Assembly: GCA_038230375.1 (NCBI GenBank)
Contig: JBBRNJ010000087.1
Coordinates: 1 to 34,203, forward strand
Source of the DNA: Polyangiales bacterium
Lineage (GTDB): Bacteria > Myxococcota_A > Polyangia > Polyangiales > Polyangiaceae
Direction: 5' to 3'
Length of the DNA: 34,203 nt
The notes under the pieces are model-generated. The model had not been told where the DNA came from. It made no database searches and worked only from the letters and a program-made list of their open reading frames with translations. Each line of letters begins with the position of its first letter. Positions within the stretch are counted from its first letter, which is position 1. The translations under genes were made by a program, and so were the position numbers. This document shows positions 28,411-34,203 of the stretch, piece after piece.

Positions 28411-29661
28411 ATGACAGCCACGTCGCGCCGCAAGTTACCCACCGTTGACGCCAGCGGCCCCGCGTTCCATCCGCGCTACGTCGTGTGGGAGCTCACGCTC
28501 GCATGCGACCAACCCTGTACCCACTGCGGCTCGCGCGCGGGGACGGCGCGTCCGAACGAGCTCGGCACTGCGGAGGCGCTCCGCGTCGCGGGAGAGCTGG
28601 CGGACCTGGGCGCGAAGGAGGTGGTGCTCATCGGCGGCGAGGCGTACCTGCATCCTGGCTTCCTCGAGATCATCGCCAGGCTGCGCGAGCGCGGCGCCGG
28701 GCCCGTGATGACCACCGGAGGGCGCGGCGTGACGAAGGAGCTCGCGCAGGCGATGAAGGACGCGGGGCTCGAGCGTGCCTCCGTGAGCATCGACGGTCTC
28801 CAGACGACGCACGACACCATGCGCGCGGCCCGCGGGAGCTTCGCGTCTGCGACAGCGGCGCTGCGATACATGCATGATGCAGGCATTCGCATCCACGCAA
28901 ATACGAACCTCAATCGCTGGAACCAGCACGACCTCGAGGGCCTGTACGAGCACCTTCGGGCGCAAAAGATCGAGAGCTGGCAGGTGCAGCTGACGAGCCC
29001 GCTCGGGCGCGCCGCGGACCGCCCCGACATGCTGCTACAGCCATACGATCTGGTCACGCTGGTGCCGCGCATTGCGACGCTGAAGAAGCGCGCCTACGCC
29101 GACGGCATCCTGCTCATGCCTGGAAACAACCTGGGCTATTTCGGACCGGAAGAGGGTTTCCTTCGCTCCACCACGCCCGACGGCGCGGACCATTTCGCAG
29201 GCTGCCAGGCGGGGCGCTTCGTGATGGGCATCGAGGCGGACGGCGCGGTGAAGGGTTGTCCCTCGCTGCAGACCTCACACTACGTCGGCGGCACGTTGCG
29301 AGAGAAGCCGCTCGCGGAGATCTGGGACGGGACGAAGGAGCTCGCGTTCACGCGGACGCGCGGCACGGAGCATCTGTGGGGATACTGCGCGACGTGCGTC
29401 TTCGCGGAGCCGTGCAAGGGCGGCTGTACCTTCACGGCGCACTCGTTCTTTGGCAAGCCGGGTAACAATCCGTACTGTCATTTCCGCGCGAGAGACTTCG
29501 AGAAGAGGGGCCTGCGTGAGCGGCTCGTGCTGCGCGAGAGCGCGGGGGGACTGCCGTTCGACAACGGGTTGTTCGACCTGATCGTGGAGCCAGCGGATTC
29601 GCCAGAACCAGCGACGCCGGAGAAGAGAACCGCGCTGTTGCAGATCCGACGGAAGGCCTGA
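28411..29661 (+). CDS. Radical SAM/SPASM peptide maturase, PlpX (splicease)-like
   Basis: VWELTLACDQPCTHCGSRAG, LIGGEAYL, GNNLGYFGP.E, GCQAG...GIEADG.VKGCPSL, LWG.C..C.....C.GGC..TAH..FG..GNNPYC. Confidence 0.9.
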   Translation: MTATSRRKLPTVDASGPAFHPRYVVWELTLACDQPCTHCGSRAGTARPNELGTAEALRVAGELADLGAKEVVLIGGEAYLHPGFLEIIARLRERGAGPVMTTGGRGVTKELAQAMKDAGLERASVSIDGLQTTHDTMRAARGSFASATAALRYMHDAGIRIHANTNLNRWNQHDLEGLYEHLRAQKIESWQVQLTSPLGRAADRPDMLLQPYDLVTLVPRIATLKKRAYADGILLMPGNNLGYFGPEEGFLRSTTPDGADHFAGCQAGRFVMGIEADGAVKGCPSLQTSHYVGGTLREKPLAEIWDGTKELAFTRTRGTEHLWGYCATCVFAEPCKGGCTFTAHSFFGKPGNNPYCHFRARDFEKRGLRERLVLRESAGGLPFDNGLFDLIVEPADSPEPATPEKRTALLQIRRKA

Positions 29662-29669
29662 CTTCGACC

Positions 29670-31001
29670 TCAACACAGCCCGGAGAACGCTGCGGCCACG
29701 AGCGGGGTTGCGAAGAGGATGGCGATCGCGAGCGCGAATGCCCTCTCCGCCCCCTGCCGTTGCTCGTCGATCTTCGCGAGATCATCGCGGGTGCCCGGGA
29801 AGAGGCGCGTGATGGTCGCGGCACCGGCGTCCCGGAACGTGGACGTGCTGCCCGCTTCGAGGAGCACGAGCACGGGCCCTTCGTACTTCGCTGGGTTCGC
29901 GGGCGGCCTTGCGGGCGCGGTGCCGTCGTCGAAGTGGCAGAGGCCGTCCGGCTCGAGCCGCGCATCCTTCCAGCCCTCGTCCGGCGCACGACGACTGCGG
30001 GCGCGGCGGAGAAGAAGCACAGCGAGCAGCGCGCCCACGATCGGCGCGACAAGGATCGGGAGCGGCGGCGCGATCGTACGCGCCAGGTATTCGTGGTCGT
30101 AGATGCTCGCCAGATCGGGCTCGGTCACCCAGTCGTGCTGCCCATCATGCAGACGACGTGAGAAGAGCAGCTGCGCGACCGGGTCACGACGAAGCTCGAA
30201 GCCTTCCCCGCTGTCGTAGAGATGCCACTGCTTTCGCGGCATGCGGTCGTCGTCGTAGCGCTCAGGAAACTTCTCGCGGGAGATGCATACGGTGCAGAAG
30301 GTGGGGCTGCAGAACCGCACCACGTGGAACGGACCGACGTCAGGCGCTGGCACCGTGTACGGGTACGCCTCGTAGCTCTTCGGATTGTTTCGCGGCGCGG
30401 GCTCGGGCCCGGAGGGGAGCGCGATCGGCGGTATCGCGCCGACGACCTCGAGCGACGCCTCGTACTGCGCGGCCGTGGGCGCGATCATGGCGCGCTGCAC
30501 CGCCATGGGCACGGGGAGCAGGCACAGAACGATCGCGATCGCGCGACCTGCCTTCCCCATCGCCTTCGCGGGCCACGCGTCCATCGCACGGGCCACGACG
30601 TGCGCGACGATCCCCGCGACCGGCCCCCCAATGACGAACCCCCAGCCGAGTACACGATCGATCGAGTCGAGTCCGACGTACCCGAAACGAAGCCACGGCC
30701 CGTGCGTGAACGAGCGCCAGAAGCCGTCGTACTCACCGAAGAACGTGACGGGCGACAACAGCGCGAGCGAAGTCCACAGCACACGCGGCGCATCGGAGCG
30801 GGCGCGCTCCTCCCCTGCCAGCCGCATCACCAGGCGCTCGAGCAACGGTCGCGCGAGCACCAGCAAGAACGGCGCGACCAGCGCGGGTGCGACTCTCCCA
30901 CCTGACGGCCCCCACGCGAACGACGCGACGAAGATCGCGACGCAGGCGCACACCGCCGCGAGGAGCCCGATCAGGATGCTCCGCCCTGCCCCAACCCTCA
31001 T
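29670..31001 (-). CDS. Hypothetical multi-pass membrane protein
   Basis: About 7 hydrophobic segments; TATGCT -10 element 6 nt before the ATG. Confidence 0.7.
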   Translation of the reverse strand: MRVGAGRSILIGLLAAVCACVAIFVASFAWGPSGGRVAPALVAPFLLVLARPLLERLVMRLAGEERARSDAPRVLWTSLALLSPVTFFGEYDGFWRSFTHGPWLRFGYVGLDSIDRVLGWGFVIGGPVAGIVAHVVARAMDAWPAKAMGKAGRAIAIVLCLLPVPMAVQRAMIAPTAAQYEASLEVVGAIPPIALPSGPEPAPRNNPKSYEAYPYTVPAPDVGPFHVVRFCSPTFCTVCISREKFPERYDDDRMPRKQWHLYDSGEGFELRRDPVAQLLFSRRLHDGQHDWVTEPDLASIYDHEYLARTIAPPLPILVAPIVGALLAVLLLRRARSRRAPDEGWKDARLEPDGLCHFDDGTAPARPPANPAKYEGPVLVLLEAGSTSTFRDAGAATITRLFPGTRDDLAKIDEQRQGAERAFALAIAILFATPLVAAAFSGLC

Positions 31002-31041
31002 GGCAGCAGCATACGCGGACGCTTGGTTTCAGGGAGAGCGC

Positions 31042-32472
31042 TCAGACCTGATGCCGGACGTACTCGAAGTCGACCGGGCGACCCTTGATGCCGTGCTTCG
31101 GTGCGGCGATCCAGTTGGCCATCTGCTTCGGATCGTAGACGGGCTTCTGCATCAGGCTCTGCACGTAGGCCTTGTCGTCGTCGCTGGGGAGCCAGCTGCC
31201 CTTCTGCTTCTCGAACGCTTCCTTCGTGATGATGTTGCCGCTCGGATCGCAGGCGACATCCGCGAAGAGACCGATCTGACGGTGAAAGCGGCGGCTCGGG
31301 AGCGTGAGCTTGAAGTCGATGCCGTGCTCCGCGATGGTGCGGTTCCACTTGTCCACGCCGCGCTGGCAGTCTTCCACGTATGCGTCGCGGAGGACCTCGT
31401 TCATGGCGTTGCGGAGGGGCACGTCCTCGTGCGTGAAGGCGCCGTTCTTCGGCACGTCCATGCCGTAGGACTTGTCGAGACAGACGTGGTCCTCGTAGCT
31501 GTCTTCCTTGGCCCGGCCCTTGATCCCGGTGGCGAAGAAGCTGGCGGCGTTGGAGGAGATCTCACCGCCGAAGAGGTCGAGCGAGAGCGTGTACCAGAGG
31601 TTCAGGTACTTCTGCATGGTGGGGAGATCGATGAGGCCCATCTTGCGGACGGCCTCTGGCGACTCCAGCTTGTGCGTCTTCATCTGCTCTGCGGTGCGCT
31701 CGCAGACGCGGAGCACGCCGGTCTCACCCACGAACAGGTGGTGCGCCTCTTCCGTGAGCATGAAGCGCGTGGTGCGAGACAGCGGATCGAACGCGCTCTC
31801 GGACAGGGCGAGCAGCTGGAACTTGCCGTCGCGATCCGTGAAGAACGTGAACATGAAGAACGAGAGCCAGTCCGTGCAGGGCTCGTTGAACGCGCCCAGC
31901 ATGCGGGGCTTGTTCTCGTCGCCGCTGCGGCGGAGAAGCAGCTCCTCTGCGTCCTCGCGCCCGTCACGACCGAAGTGCGAGTGGAGCAGGTAGACCATGG
32001 CCCAGAGGTGCCGCCCCTCTTCCACGTTCACCTGGAACAAATTACGGAGATCATACATGCTTGGGCAGGTCTGCCCGAGAAGGCGCTGCTGCTCCACGCT
32101 CGCCGGCTCCGTGTCGCCTTGCGTGACGATGAGGCGCTTCAGCGTGTTGCGGTGCTCTCCCGGCACTTCCTTCCAGACGGGCTTGCCCAGCTCGTCGCCG
32201 AAGCCGACCGTGCGATCCTTCACCTCGTCCGCCAGGAAGATGCCCCATCGGTAGTCCGGCATCTTCACGTAGTCGAAGTTCGCCCAGCCTTCGGAGGTGA
32301 CGCTGATGGCCGTGCGCAGGAACACGTCGTCCTGCTGGAAGCCTTCGGGCCCCATCTCCTTCCACCAGGTGATGAAGTTCGGCTGCCACGCCTCGAGCGC
32401 GCGCTGGAGCTTCTTGTCGGACGACAGGTTGACGTTGTTAGGGATGCGCTCTTCGGTGACGACTGACGACAT
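31042..32472 (-). CDS. boxB: Benzoyl-CoA 2,3-epoxidase subunit BoxB
   Basis: IPNNVNL, LE.WQP.F..WW..MGPEGFQ, QGDTEPASVEQQ, di-iron ligands EEGRH and EEAHH, FEYVR end. Confidence 0.97.
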   Translation of the reverse strand: MSSVVTEERIPNNVNLSSDKKLQRALEAWQPNFITWWKEMGPEGFQQDDVFLRTAISVTSEGWANFDYVKMPDYRWGIFLADEVKDRTVGFGDELGKPVWKEVPGEHRNTLKRLIVTQGDTEPASVEQQRLLGQTCPSMYDLRNLFQVNVEEGRHLWAMVYLLHSHFGRDGREDAEELLLRRSGDENKPRMLGAFNEPCTDWLSFFMFTFFTDRDGKFQLLALSESAFDPLSRTTRFMLTEEAHHLFVGETGVLRVCERTAEQMKTHKLESPEAVRKMGLIDLPTMQKYLNLWYTLSLDLFGGEISSNAASFFATGIKGRAKEDSYEDHVCLDKSYGMDVPKNGAFTHEDVPLRNAMNEVLRDAYVEDCQRGVDKWNRTIAEHGIDFKLTLPSRRFHRQIGLFADVACDPSGNIITKEAFEKQKGSWLPSDDDKAYVQSLMQKPVYDPKQMANWIAAPKHGIKGRPVDFEYVRHQV

Positions 32473-32494
32473 CTGTTTTCTCTCTCTGTGGCGG

Positions 32495-34168
<1,674 letters not shown>

Positions 34169-34203
34169 GAAGAGGGGTCTAGCGCGGGCGCACAATGGGC
34201 GCA

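Noticed and set aside
13053..29661. Functional link between the ketoamide-forming splicease and the cysteine proteases in this window
   Set aside because: Chemically attractive, but the genes are 7-25 kb apart with unrelated genes between them; no sequence evidence
29670..31001. Membrane protein as transporter or immunity gene for the splicease locus
   Set aside because: Convergent orientation, its own promoter-like element, and no recognisable transporter motifs

Overview
High-GC bacterial chromosomal segment, most likely from a myxobacterium (Polyangiales/Sorangiineae-like; inferred from AgmX/PglI-type, FGE-sulfatase, TPR and many Cys-lipoprotein genes). It holds about 27 intact CDSs and one small scrambled pseudogene patch. 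I saw no rRNA, tRNA, CRISPR array or transposase. Metabolic/housekeeping genes: two acyl-CoA dehydrogenases, a HAD phosphatase, TolC, a YgiQ radical SAM protein, a GpsA-like protein, a delta-9-type desaturase, an EEP nuclease/phosphatase, and boxC-boxB. The strongest candidate for a new system is at 27241-29661. There a PlpX-like (tyramine-excising 'splicease') radical SAM/SPASM enzyme sits divergent from a 127-aa ORF with a putative sigma54 promoter, built as zinc ribbon + hydrophobic signal + lipobox LMA|C-Y-G. This suggests a lipid-anchored protein that could carry a backbone-spliced alpha-keto-beta-amino residue at its lipidated Cys. Other notable signals: (1) two distant paralogous lipoproteins with a caspase/gingipain-like His...Cys dyad; (2) two lipoproteins sharing a duplicated domain with MACPF-like TH-x7-GG spacing; (3) a papain lipoprotein paired with a chagasin inhibitor lipoprotein; (4) three co-oriented (CGACNN)n arrays at gene 3' ends; (5) many apparently leaderless promoters; (6) a GpsA homolog lacking its catalytic residues. 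All family calls come from motif recognition by eye; no database searches were run.
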